Assembly (NCBI GenBank): GCA_026418625.1
Contig: JAOABA010000030.1
Coordinates: 8,764-72,763 of the forward strand
DNA from: Candidatus Kapaibacterium sp.
GTDB lineage: Bacteria > Bacteroidota > Ignavibacteria > Kapaibacteriales > UBA2268
DNA: 64,000 bases
Reading direction: 5' to 3'
Positions 19,212 through 28,873 of this stretch are shown here, piece by piece. The notes under the pieces are model-generated. The model searched no databases. It was not told where the DNA came from and saw nothing but the letters and a program-made list of their open reading frames with translations. Each line of letters starts with the position of its first letter. The first letter of the stretch is position 1. Made by a program: the position numbers and the translations under genes.

Positions 19212-20354
19212 ATGTATTATTTTATGTATATTACAAGGGATATTGAACAAAAAATTCTACAGACCATTGCTCCTAATAAAGTTATTGTTATTACGGGAGC
19301 GAGAAGGACTGGTAAGACCATCTTACTTAGTCAATTGATAAAAAAAATAAAAGAGCCAATTATTTTATTGAATGGGGAGGATATCCTTACTCACGAATTA
19401 CTTGAAAGGAGATCAATAATAAACTTTAAAAATTTAATGGGAACCAAAAAATTACTTATTATTGATGAAGCTCAAAAAATAATTGATATTGGTCTTAAAT
19501 TGAAGCTAATGGTTGATAATATCGAGGGACTAAAGATAATTGTAACTGGTTCTTCTGCTTTTGATATAACAAATAAAGTCGGTGAGCCGCTAACCGGAAG
19601 AAAATATTCATTTAATCTTTTTCCATTTTCAGAAAATGAGCTTTCTCAAATAGAAGATGATATTTCTAAAAGAGAAAATTTAAGAGAAAGATTGGTCTTT
19701 GGAAATTATCCTGAGCTTTCTTTTTTGAGTGATAGGGATAAAAAGCAAGAATACTTAAGGGAAATAGTGAGTTCATATTTGTTAAAGGATATTTTAACAT
19801 TCGAGAATCTTAGGTCATCAAGTAAAATTTTTGATTTGCTTAAATTAATTGCTTTTCAGGTTGGGAACGAGGTATCTTATAATGAATTGAGTAAACAGTT
19901 AGGAATAAGTAAAACCACAGTTGAACGATATCTTGATTTGTTGACCAAGGTTTTCATTCTTCATAAAATAGGGGGGTATTCGAGAAATTTAAGAAAGGAG
20001 GTTGTAAAAAGTTCAAAGTGGTATTTTTGGGATAATGGTATTCGCAACGCAATAATAGCAAATTTTACGAATTTGAATTCAAGGGATGATGTAGGCAAAT
20101 TGTGGGAAAATTATATAATTAGTGAAAGATTAAAATTTCAGTCGAATAAATCACTACATTCAAATAATTATTTTTGGCGAACTTATGACAAACAAGAAAT
20201 TGATTGGATTGAGGAAAGGGAAGGGAAATTATTTGCTTATGAGTTTAAATGGAAAGAATTAAAATCCAAAGCACCACTAGCTTGGGTGAAAACTTATCCT
20301 AACTCTGATTTTAAAGTTATTAACTCAGAAAATTTTTATTCTTGGATAAGCTAA
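19212..20354 (+). CDS. AAA+ ATPase (AAA_14 + DUF4143 type) with HTH and C-terminal PD-(D/E)xK-like domain (start may be 19224)
   Basis: Walker A GARRTGKT, Walker B LIIDEAQ, TGSS, EPLTGR, GNYP, K.YFWDNG, LWEN, EIDW..AYEFKW. Confidence 0.88.
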   Translation: MYYFMYITRDIEQKILQTIAPNKVIVITGARRTGKTILLSQLIKKIKEPIILLNGEDILTHELLERRSIINFKNLMGTKKLLIIDEAQKIIDIGLKLKLMVDNIEGLKIIVTGSSAFDITNKVGEPLTGRKYSFNLFPFSENELSQIEDDISKRENLRERLVFGNYPELSFLSDRDKKQEYLREIVSSYLLKDILTFENLRSSSKIFDLLKLIAFQVGNEVSYNELSKQLGISKTTVERYLDLLTKVFILHKIGGYSRNLRKEVVKSSKWYFWDNGIRNAIIANFTNLNSRDDVGKLWENYIISERLKFQSNKSLHSNNYFWRTYDKQEIDWIEEREGKLFAYEFKWKELKSKAPLAWVKTYPNSDFKVINSENFYSWIS

Positions 20355-20408
20355 AATCTTTGGTTTTCATTTTAATAGATGGAGTTTATGAAAGAGATGA
20401 AAATCAGA

Positions 20409-20489
20409 TTAATTAAGAATTTAAATTTCAAATTTGACTTCAGAAAACTATTATGTCCGCCTTGGTAAATGGGTGGAGCGGTTTGTTAA
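20409..20489. repeat. 81-bp direct repeat, copy 2
   Basis: Identical to 18911-18991. Confidence 0.95.
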
Positions 20490-20557
20490 ATTTAAATATG
20501 TTTTTTTATTGGGATAAACATTCTCTTTCTTATGAAACAATTATTTTTTTAATTTAT

Positions 20558-20601
20558 AAAATAGGGATGTTAAATCATTCTTTATCAAAATTAACATCCC
20601 T
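20558..20601 (-). terminator. Probable terminator of fbaB-SnoaL unit
   Basis: agggatgttaa / ttaacatccct inverted repeat, T-rich tail on minus strand. Confidence 0.55.
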
Positions 20602-20641
20602 GATTATTATTTAATAAGCTAATTAGTAATTTATCTTAATA

Positions 20642-20995
20642 TCACATATAAAGCTGCGAGGTATCAACATACACATCATAAGTCTTGATTAAATCACCAT
20701 CCATTATAAAAAGATTGCAAAATTTAACTGATAGCTGGGTATCATTATGTCTTGTGTATGTGACCGTTCCCCAACTGATGACTTTACCATTTTCAATAAC
20801 ACAATTTTTTGGTGTGTGTTTTATAGCTTTGATGCTTTTAAAAAAGTTATCTACATAGTTGGCAATATTTTCTCTACCAACAACAGCGGGAAAATTGCCG
20901 AAAATAAATTCTCCGTCCGGTGAGATGTAATCGGCAAAAGCAAAAGCATCCATCTTATCTATTGTATTATAAAGATTTTTCAACCATTCTGGCAT
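20642..20995 (-). CDS. SnoaL-like / NTF2-fold protein
   Basis: 117 aa; FGNFPAVVGRENI, DG.LI..Y.VY.D pattern. Confidence 0.8.
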   Translation of the reverse strand: MPEWLKNLYNTIDKMDAFAFADYISPDGEFIFGNFPAVVGRENIANYVDNFFKSIKAIKHTPKNCVIENGKVISWGTVTYTRHNDTQLSVKFCNLFIMDGDLIKTYDVYVDTSQLYM

Positions 20996-21010
20996 ATAAC
21001 TCCAAAAAAA

Positions 21011-22075
21011 TTAAACAATAGTTATTTCTTTGCAAAGATAAACATCTTGAATAGTGTTTAAAAGTTTAACACCTTCACTCATTGGTCTTTGGAAAGCTTT
21101 TCTTCCAGAAATAAGTCCCATACCTCCAGCACGCTTGTTAATAACAGCAGTTATGGTAGCATCTTGAAAATCATTTTCACCTGAAGCACCACCACTATTA
21201 ATTAATCCAGCTTTGCCCATATAACAATTAGCAACCTGATATCTGCAGAGGTCAATTGGATGGTCTGATGTTAATTCAGTATATATTCTTTTATCCAATT
21301 TACCATAGCTCGAGCCACCCATATTTAGTGCGGTATAACCACCATTATTTTCAGGAAGTTTCTGTTTGATAATATCTGCTTGAAGCGTAACCCCAAGATG
21401 ATTGGCTTGCCCTGTTAAGTCAGCAGATACGTGATAATCTTTATCGGTTTTGAAAGCAGGATTCCTCAAATAACACCACAAAATACAAGCCATACCGAGT
21501 TCATGAGCATAAGAAAAAGCCTCAGCAATTTCGACAATTTGTCTTGATGCTTCTTCGGAACCGAAATAAATTGTTGCACCAACCGCAGCAGCTCCCATAT
21601 CATAAGCCCTGTCAATTGTTCCGAAAAGGATCTGATCAAATTTGTTCGGATATGTTAATAATTCGTTATGATTGATTTTAACAATGAATGGAATTTTGTG
21701 GGCATATTTTCTTGCAACCATACCTAAAACACCATAAGTCGAAGCTACAGCATTGCACCCCCCCTCGATTGCAAGTTTTACAATGTTTTCAGGATCGAAG
21801 TAAATAGGATTTTTTGCAAAACTGGCTCCGCCCGAATGTTCAACGCCTTGATCAACAGGTAGTATTGATAAATAGCCTGTTCCTGCCAATCTACCTGTAT
21901 CATACAACCATTGTAAATTAGCAAGCACTCTATTATTTCGGTCGGATTTGGCAAAAACTTCATCAACAAAGTTGGGTGAAGGGGTTGTTAGTTGCTCTTT
22001 TTTGATTTTTGGTGAATCGAAATCGAGCAGATAAGCTGCTTTTTCACCAAGTAGTTCTCTTATTTTCTCAAACAT
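21011..22075 (-). CDS. fbaB: Class I fructose-bisphosphate aldolase
   Basis: [55 protein letters not shown]. Confidence 0.95.
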   Translation of the reverse strand: MFEKIRELLGEKAAYLLDFDSPKIKKEQLTTPSPNFVDEVFAKSDRNNRVLANLQWLYDTGRLAGTGYLSILPVDQGVEHSGGASFAKNPIYFDPENIVKLAIEGGCNAVASTYGVLGMVARKYAHKIPFIVKINHNELLTYPNKFDQILFGTIDRAYDMGAAAVGATIYFGSEEASRQIVEIAEAFSYAHELGMACILWCYLRNPAFKTDKDYHVSADLTGQANHLGVTLQADIIKQKLPENNGGYTALNMGGSSYGKLDKRIYTELTSDHPIDLCRYQVANCYMGKAGLINSGGASGENDFQDATITAVINKRAGGMGLISGRKAFQRPMSEGVKLLNTIQDVYLCKEITIV

Positions 22076-22266
22076 TAGTATCTCCTCATAATAATTTTAG
22101 AAAAGTAAAATTGTATATTCGACTGATTACAAATTTATTAATTTGGAAAGAAAGATAAAATCTTATTAGAAAAATTTAGCATAAATTGATTTTTTTCTGT
22201 TGAGTAGATTGATTGCTTTTAATAATTTATTAATTTTATAATTTCAATTTAATTTTTTGGTAAATT

Positions 22267-23181
22267 TTGACTAAACTACAAATTCAAATTTTAATATGTT
22301 TAACTTTTACTATCTTGCTGGGTGCTGTTAAATTAACCTCACAAACCGAGATTTCAAATGCAAGTGATTTTAATTTAGTAACTGCCTTTGGTTTCAAATC
22401 TTCAGCAAGTTATTATGCTCCCAATGGAAATAATGTTATCGAATTAATTGATTCAAATCGCAAAGAAAACAATATATATACATTCGACCTCAAAAATTAT
22501 GTTTTTGATATAGGTTTTTATTATTCAATAACAGATGAATTACAGTTAAGATTTGACATACCTTTAAATTATTCATTGCTTAGTGAAGTTTATTTAAAAG
22601 ATACTAATGTAGCAAGCACATCTTACGGGAAAAGGTTAATCAGGGCAGAGTTATCATATTTTCTACCCGAGAATTATAAATTAAATCTATTATATCATTT
22701 AATGAAAGGGAAATTTAATACTTTTTTAGAAGCAGGATTAAACATACCTCCAAATTTTAAAAATGGTAAACAAAATAATAGTGATTTTCTATATTATTCT
22801 AGTTTTCAAATTCCCATCGGTTTAATTTTAAATTTTATTTCTAATGGGGATTGGGTTGAAGGAAGATTGTTCTATAACTACAGAGCTGGTGATTTTTCTG
22901 ATGAAATAAAAATTCATCTTGAAGGCGGTTTTACTTCAGTTCCAGATACAAAGTTAGCGGGAATGATTGATTACACAATTAGTTCCGGCAATATTGATGA
23001 ATCATCAATATTTAATATCAGACAAAATCCTTTAAAAGAAAATGCTCTATATCTTGGAGCGGAGTTTTTTATTAAACTGCATAAAAAAATCGAAACTTCC
23101 ATTTCTTATAATGTAAGTGTTCTTGGCAAAAATTCTTGGAGTTTTGGAATCTTTGGATTAAAAGCTAATTTCTCGCTATAG
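22267..23181 (+). CDS. Hypothetical exported protein, probable outer-membrane beta-barrel
   Basis: Signal peptide, alternating aromatic/hydrophobic strands, C-terminus FGLKANFSL. Confidence 0.6.
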   Translation: MTKLQIQILICLTFTILLGAVKLTSQTEISNASDFNLVTAFGFKSSASYYAPNGNNVIELIDSNRKENNIYTFDLKNYVFDIGFYYSITDELQLRFDIPLNYSLLSEVYLKDTNVASTSYGKRLIRAELSYFLPENYKLNLLYHLMKGKFNTFLEAGLNIPPNFKNGKQNNSDFLYYSSFQIPIGLILNFISNGDWVEGRLFYNYRAGDFSDEIKIHLEGGFTSVPDTKLAGMIDYTISSGNIDESSIFNIRQNPLKENALYLGAEFFIKLHKKIETSISYNVSVLGKNSWSFGIFGLKANFSL

Positions 23182-23349
23182 CAGGGAATTTCGCAAAAAC
23201 TTAATCAATAATGAATTTTTTTTAATCATTTATTCATTGAATTTAATCAATAATAAACATATCTTGCATGTCATAAATATTTTTTAAGTTCAACTAAACA
23301 ATAGGTGCTTATGATTGTTTTCAAAAAAATCATAAAAAAATACTATACG

Positions 23350-24099
23350 ATGCTTGGTCTCAGAAATAAATTTCTGATATTACTTTTTTGTTGTTTAAAT
23401 ATTTCAATATCTGACGGGGTTAAAGTCTCTGCACAAAATGAGAATACGAATTTTTCAAAATTTACAAATACCTTATCAGAAATTGATTTTGATCTTTCTA
23501 AATATTATATCTATTCAGAAACTGGAAAAGCATCTTGGTATGGCAAAAAATTCCATAATAGAAAAACTGCTAGTGGGGAAAAATATAATATGTTTGAATT
23601 TTCAGCAGCTCATAAATCCTTACCATTCGGAACCATCGTAAGAATAAATAATTTAGAAACTGGTAAAAGTTTGATAGTTAGAATTAATGATAGAGGTCCA
23701 TTTATAAGGTCCAGAATAATTGATTTATCTTACTCAGCTGCCGTTGAAACTAATTCGATGGGAACCCCAGCTGTAAAAATTGAAGCTTTGAAAAATAATA
23801 GTAAAGAAATAATAGAAAAGTTTCCTAATACTAAATATTATTTTTGCTATTCTTTTAATCTACCCTTAGTAACTTTGCCCGAAGGAACTTTAAAAAAACT
23901 TGCCTCAAGCATTGATTTTGATGAAGCATTAAATTTATATAAAAAATTTACTGAACTATATCCTTCAAAAAAAATCTATCTGGCAGTTGAATCTGATTAT
24001 CTTGAATCAAACGAAAACTTTACATCATATTTTATCTGCCATTACGACCCCTCAGATTTCAAACCTGTTTTACCAATTGCAGAGAATATAACCAATTAA
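23350..24099 (+). CDS. rlpA: RlpA-family lytic transglycosylase (DPBB domain)
   Basis: GKASWYG.KFH.RKTASGE, AAHKSLPFGT, VRINDRGPF..RIIDLS; ATG 23350 preferred over GTG 23305. Confidence 0.88.
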   Translation: MLGLRNKFLILLFCCLNISISDGVKVSAQNENTNFSKFTNTLSEIDFDLSKYYIYSETGKASWYGKKFHNRKTASGEKYNMFEFSAAHKSLPFGTIVRINNLETGKSLIVRINDRGPFIRSRIIDLSYSAAVETNSMGTPAVKIEALKNNSKEIIEKFPNTKYYFCYSFNLPLVTLPEGTLKKLASSIDFDEALNLYKKFTELYPSKKIYLAVESDYLESNENFTSYFICHYDPSDFKPVLPIAENITN

Positions 24100-24150
24100 T
24101 ATTTGATTTAAATTTTAAGTCACAATTCTTTAACTTACTTAATTTTTTTT

Positions 24151-24257
24151 GTAGAGAGCGCAGAGTATAATTCTGAGGATATAAATAATTTTTTAAGTAA
24201 TATTAATAAGAATCAAAATCAAATAAAATCATTTAAAAAAAACTCTGTGTTCTCTAC
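24151..24257. repeat. Spaced inverted repeat (16-bp arms)
   Basis: gtagagagcgcagagt ... actctgtgttctctac; 14/16 Watson-Crick, 2 G-U. Confidence 0.6.
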
Positions 24258-24377
24258 TATGAATATTTTTTTAAATTTTAAGAAATTATTTTTTGCGACC
24301 TCAGTGTAGAATAGATTAATATAAGTATGGTTGAAATTCAAGTTTAAAGTCATAATGGAATTTTCCAAACTTCGTTT

Positions 24378-24501
24378 GAGGTTATTTTAAAACAGTCATT
24401 TTAAGCCGATGGCGAAGAATCAATGTTATATAAGTCATCGAAATACTGTGGACTCTTCACTTCGTTCAGAATGACAAAATACTATTTTTTTAAAAAGCCT
24501 T
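24378..24501. mobile_element. Putative MITE/REP-like element with internal GTCATT...AATGAC palindrome
   Basis: Ends gaggttattttaaaa / tttttaaaaagcctt (11/15 inverted match), flanked by GTTT on both sides; inner arms 24395-24421 and 24451-24475. Confidence 0.5.
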
Positions 24502-24618
24502 GTTTGTCAGAATGACTAAATAATAACATATTCTACTCATTCAATTCTGTCTTGTTAAATCATTTAGAATAAACTAAAGTAGAATAAACATACAGATATG
24601 TTATTTAAAAAAACTTAA

Positions 24619-25422
24619 TTAGATAAGTTTTACAGCTTTTTTGAGGTGAATAACTTCCTGTTTGGTTAGACGGCGAAATTCACCTCTTGCCAAACCAGCG
24701 GTAGTGATGCCGGCAAAAGACTTCCGGTCGAGTTTTTTAACTTTGTATCCAAATGTTTCGAATATTTTTTTTACTTCTCTGTTTTTTCCTTCTTTGAGTG
24801 TTATATAAACCAAAGAATGATCTGCAGGGTCAATGAATATTTCACAAGGGCTGCTTTTAAAATCTTCAGTAGTAACTCCTTTCGAAATTCTTTCAGCATC
24901 AGTAAATTTTAATGGTTTATCGAGCCCAGCTAAATAGACTCTTTCAACTTGATATTTTGGATGCATTAGCCTGTTTGCCAGTTCACCGTCATTAGTTAAA
25001 ATTAATACACCGGTTGTATTTCTATCTAGCCGTCCAACGGGGAAAAGTCTGAATTTTGTTTTAACAACATCCATTATAGTTTTTCTGTGTTTTTCATCTC
25101 TAACGGTTGTTATGGTATCTTTTGGCTTGTTAAGTAGTATGTATTCTAATTTAACTGATTGCTTAATTGGATTTGAGTCGATTTGAACATTATCACCCGG
25201 TTGAACTCTCCTTGCCAAATTTGTTTCAATGACATTGTTAACTTTAACTCTTCCGCTTTTTATAATTTCATCTGCCTGTCTGCGTGAGCAAAAACCAGAA
25301 TCTGCTATATATTTATTAAGCCTTATACCTGAGTTAGTTTCCTTTTCAGAATTTGATGATTTTATCTTTGAATGTTTATTTACTGTCTTTCTCACAGCAT
25401 TTTCCTGAACTATGATTTTCAA
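24619..25422 (-). CDS. rluB: RsuA/RluB-family pseudouridine synthase
   Basis: S4 domain RLNKYIA.SG.CSRR.AD, LNKP, PVGRLDRNTTG, EGKNREV. Confidence 0.85.
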   Translation of the reverse strand: MKIIVQENAVRKTVNKHSKIKSSNSEKETNSGIRLNKYIADSGFCSRRQADEIIKSGRVKVNNVIETNLARRVQPGDNVQIDSNPIKQSVKLEYILLNKPKDTITTVRDEKHRKTIMDVVKTKFRLFPVGRLDRNTTGVLILTNDGELANRLMHPKYQVERVYLAGLDKPLKFTDAERISKGVTTEDFKSSPCEIFIDPADHSLVYITLKEGKNREVKKIFETFGYKVKKLDRKSFAGITTAGLARGEFRRLTKQEVIHLKKAVKLI

Positions 25423-26125
25423 TTACAACGCTTTTTTTGACTTTTAAAGTATCCGGTAAACTTGGACTTACATATTTAATACCTAAGGATAGACCTCTTA
25501 GAATAAGAATAATTGCAAGGAGAGCAATTCCAACGGGAATTAGCTTGGTTAATTTCCTCTTCAATTCAGTAGAAATAAATTTTTTAACTGTGTAAACAAA
25601 AGCCATAATAGGTGTTGTTCCAATACCAAATAATGCCATAAAAAGAGCACTTTTAATAGTATCGGCTGTGCCAGCAAGAGATGCTGCTAAAGCAACATAT
25701 ACTAATCCGCAGGGCAAAAAACCGTTTAGAATACCTATGACAAAGAGAGAGGATTTTTTCGGATTAACCAAAAATTTTTGGAATAAACTGGTAAAAAAGT
25801 CAGATATTTTTTTAATAAAGCTCAGGTTTAAAAAGCTTGTTTTGGCTTTCTTGGGGATGATAAGGTATAATAAAAGGATAATACCCATAATCAGTGATAC
25901 TGTTTCCTGAAAACCTGCTAATTTAATTCCTGCACCGATTGTTCCCGCTAAAGCACCTAAGAATGTATAAGTTAGAATTCTACCTAAATTATATAATAAA
26001 TTATCTACAATTAATGTAAGTTTACCATAGTTAGTATGGGGAATAGCTAATGCTATAGGTCCGCACATTCCAAGACAGTGGAGACTACCAAATAAACCTA
26101 ATATAAAACCTGCGAAAATTTCCAT
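25376..26125 (-). CDS. cbb3-associated DsbD_2/TauE-like membrane protein
   Basis: GSLHCLGMCGPI, YNLGRILTY, NGFLPCGLVY, FGIGT; last gene of cco cluster. Confidence 0.85.
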   Translation of the reverse strand: MEIFAGFILGLFGSLHCLGMCGPIALAIPHTNYGKLTLIVDNLLYNLGRILTYTFLGALAGTIGAGIKLAGFQETVSLIMGIILLLYLIIPKKAKTSFLNLSFIKKISDFFTSLFQKFLVNPKKSSLFVIGILNGFLPCGLVYVALAASLAGTADTIKSALFMALFGIGTTPIMAFVYTVKKFISTELKRKLTKLIPVGIALLAIILILRGLSLGIKYVSPSLPDTLKVKKSVVIENHSSGKCCEKDSK

Positions 26126-26140
26126 ATTACAAAAACTCAA

Positions 26141-26596
26141 TTATTTGTTAAGTATTTCTTCTTCAAAGTAATATTTAGTGTCTTTGATAGACCAATCAAC
26201 TTTAACAATCCAAATACCCTTTGCTTTGTTAGTCATATTGATAACTTGTGTGTTATCGTTTGAAATATCGAGCTTCATTTTAAAATCAAGATTTTTATCT
26301 GAGGGGCGATAAAAAATAATATCACCCTCAATCTCATTTTTTTTAAACACATTAGGGAAATTGATAAATACATATCCATTTTGTGCTTTTATTGTTGGTT
26401 TCTCTGCCAATTCTGAAAATCTCTTGGTTTTATCTATATGCTCTTGATATTTAATATCTTTATCATAATAATTATTTTCGACAAGGTCATATTTTATTGT
26501 CAGCGTAAACAAAATAAAAGCAATAAGAGAAAGAATGAATAAAACCAAAAAAATAGCAATTCCGGTTCCCCAATTCCATTTGATTTTTATGTTCAT
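26141..26596 (-). CDS. fixH: FixH/CcoH family protein
   Basis: NWGTGI, DLV..NYY, FYRPSD..LD; between ccoG and DsbD_2 gene. Confidence 0.85.
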   Translation of the reverse strand: MNIKIKWNWGTGIAIFLVLFILSLIAFILFTLTIKYDLVENNYYDKDIKYQEHIDKTKRFSELAEKPTIKAQNGYVFINFPNVFKKNEIEGDIIFYRPSDKNLDFKMKLDISNDNTQVINMTNKAKGIWIVKVDWSIKDTKYYFEEEILNK

Positions 26597-26598
26597 AC

Positions 26599-28041
26599 TT
26601 AATTTACCGGATTAAGAAAAGTTGTTTCGACAGAATTTATGAATTTTCCGTTTGAATAAACTCTAATTTTTATTTTGTTTGAATAGGGTTTCAATTGGTT
26701 TTTAGGAATTTTTAAAAGTAGGGATGTTTCAGTTAATCGTCCCGGATTTACTTTTAATTTATCTGTTCCAATTATTTCAAGTTCGCCCTTAATATTCTCT
26801 AATTTTAACTCAATTGGTATGGTTTCGTGTGTCTTGTTAAGAACTTTCATAGTATAGAGGTTCACAATATTTCCATCAGGTAAAGATTGAGGAAGAGCAC
26901 CCTGAGCCCTTAATATATTAGTTTCTATATTGCTTCTTCCGGCAATTAGAACTCCTACAACAGATACAAGCAAAACAAGCAAAATGGTATAAATAATAAT
27001 TCTCGGAGTAAGTTTAAATTTTTGATTGTTGTTAATTTGGTTATAGGAGGCATACTTGATTAATTTCTTAGGTTTGTTGATTTTAACCATTACCTCATCA
27101 CAAGCGTCAATACAAGCTGTGCAATTAACACACTCAAGTTGTGTTCCATTCCTAATATCAATACCAGTTGGGCAAACTCTAACGCAATTCTTGCAATCTA
27201 TGCAATCACCATATTTATTACTATCATCACGCATTTTTAGTGGTTTACGCTCTTCGCCTCTTTTAAAATCATAAGCAACTACAATTGTATTATTATCTAA
27301 AAGCACTGATTGCAATCTAGCATAAGGGCAAACAAAAGTGCAGGCTTGTTCTCTGAACCAAGCAAAAATAAAATAAAAAAGACCTGTAAATCCAAGTATT
27401 GCTGTAAATTCTCCCGGATGACGGGCTGGTGTTTCTGCAATAAGCTGATATAATCTATCTATACCAATTATGTATGCTAATAAAACATTTCCTATTAGGA
27501 ATGAAATTGATAAAAATATCAATTGTTTGATAGACTTTTTGAAAATCTTTTTAGCTGTCCAAGGAGCTTTTTTGAGTTTTATTTGCTCAACTGAATCACC
27601 CTCAATCCAGTATTCAATTTTTCTGAAAACCATTTCCATAAATATCGTTTGTGGGCAAATCCACCCACAGAAGATTCTTCCATAAATGGCTGTAAATAGC
27701 ACTACAAAGACAACGAAAGCTAAAAATGCCAGAGCAAAAATGAAGAAGTCTTGGGGCCAGAAAATTAAACCAAAGATGATAAATTTGCGATTGAAGATAT
27801 CGAAAAGCAATAAGGGTTCATTGTTTATTTTAATGAAAGGAGTAATAAATAAAAATGCTATTAAAAACAAACTTACTACTACTCTTGCTCGATGAAATTT
27901 ACCTTTAGGTTTCTTGGGATGAAGCCAAATTCTTTTACCTTTTTTATCTATTATTGCAACTTTATCTCTAAATGAGTCTCCTGTGTCAGTAATTAAATTG
28001 TCGTGAATTATTTCACTATCATAATTATCTATTTTATCCAT
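26599..28041 (-). CDS. ccoG: Cytochrome c oxidase accessory protein CcoG
   Basis: GRIFCGWICPQT, REQAC.FVCPY, CIDC..CV.VCPTGIDIR, CVNCTACIDAC. Confidence 0.95.
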   Translation of the reverse strand: MDKIDNYDSEIIHDNLITDTGDSFRDKVAIIDKKGKRIWLHPKKPKGKFHRARVVVSLFLIAFLFITPFIKINNEPLLLFDIFNRKFIIFGLIFWPQDFFIFALAFLAFVVFVVLFTAIYGRIFCGWICPQTIFMEMVFRKIEYWIEGDSVEQIKLKKAPWTAKKIFKKSIKQLIFLSISFLIGNVLLAYIIGIDRLYQLIAETPARHPGEFTAILGFTGLFYFIFAWFREQACTFVCPYARLQSVLLDNNTIVVAYDFKRGEERKPLKMRDDSNKYGDCIDCKNCVRVCPTGIDIRNGTQLECVNCTACIDACDEVMVKINKPKKLIKYASYNQINNNQKFKLTPRIIIYTILLVLLVSVVGVLIAGRSNIETNILRAQGALPQSLPDGNIVNLYTMKVLNKTHETIPIELKLENIKGELEIIGTDKLKVNPGRLTETSLLLKIPKNQLKPYSNKIKIRVYSNGKFINSVETTFLNPVN

Positions 28042-28066
28042 TTTTAATCTTCACATAATTAAAATC

Positions 28067-28678
28067 TTAATTTTCAGCTTCAAGATTGCCCTGTGGTGCT
28101 TTAGCATTTGGAGGATTCGTGCCTCTTAATGATTTAATATAGCTAACAAGTTTTACAATTTGTTCATTTGATATGATATTTTTCCAAGAAATCATACCTT
28201 TTTCAGGAACACCTTGATATATAACCTTGGCTATATTTGCGGGAGAACCACCATGAATCCAATAATCGTCAGTAAGGTTTGGACCAATTGCTCCGGCTCC
28301 GCCTTGAGCATGACAGGAAACACAATTTTTAACAAAAATATCTTTTGCTTCATTTAACGCTGCCGGATCATTGGTTATTTTTACATCATCGAAATTAAAA
28401 GCCGTTGTAGCAATTCCCATTCCTGCTTTACTTTCATTAGCTTTTTGAATTTCCATAACGTATTCATCAGCAGAACTGGGTCCTAAATTGGTAAAATGAT
28501 AATAAAACATATACACAACTGACCAAGCAATAGTTATATAGAATAAATAAAGCCACCAGCCGGGTAGTGGGTTGTCATATTCCTTAATTCCATCATAAGT
28601 ATGACCAGTAAGAACATCTTTTTGCTTTTTTTGTGGTTCAGTTGATTTAAATTCTTCTATAATATTATTTTCTGACAT
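28067..28678 (-). CDS. ccoP: cbb3 oxidase subunit III (short mono-heme CcoP)
   Basis: GHTYDGIKEYDNPLPGWW, one CVSCH, GPNLTDDYWIHGG. Confidence 0.92.
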   Translation of the reverse strand: MSENNIIEEFKSTEPQKKQKDVLTGHTYDGIKEYDNPLPGWWLYLFYITIAWSVVYMFYYHFTNLGPSSADEYVMEIQKANESKAGMGIATTAFNFDDVKITNDPAALNEAKDIFVKNCVSCHAQGGAGAIGPNLTDDYWIHGGSPANIAKVIYQGVPEKGMISWKNIISNEQIVKLVSYIKSLRGTNPPNAKAPQGNLEAEN

Positions 28679-28865
28679 TTTGTCCTCCGAAAGTATCTTT
28701 TGTTTGTTGATTTTCTAATGGTATATTTTTATAGTAGTCAATATCCTGCTTTTTTATCTTGAAAGTATAAATAACTATTAATATGAAAGCTATGATAAAT
28801 AAAAACATAACGATAATGGCATAAACACCATTCAAGGGAGTATCTTTAAGTATTTCTTTAAACAT
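28665..28865 (-). CDS. ccoQ: cbb3 oxidase subunit CcoQ
   Basis: 66 aa single TM, ends ..IPLE; between ccoNO and ccoP. Confidence 0.8.
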   Translation of the reverse strand: MFKEILKDTPLNGVYAIIVMFLFIIAFILIVIYTFKIKKQDIDYYKNIPLENQQTKDTFGGQNVRK

Positions 28866-28873
28866 AATTTTTC

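Noticed and set aside
20388-20468. GGAG-preceded 26-codon ORF running into repeat copy 2
   Set aside because: Mostly encoded by the repeat itself; at best a truncated gene start
18911-20489. 81-bp repeats as integron attC sites or a mini-CRISPR
   Set aside because: One end resembles a core site (GTTAAAT in copy 2), but there is no matching complementary core at the other end, no end-to-end palindrome and no intI. Two copies 1.5 kb apart with no cas genes are not a CRISPR.
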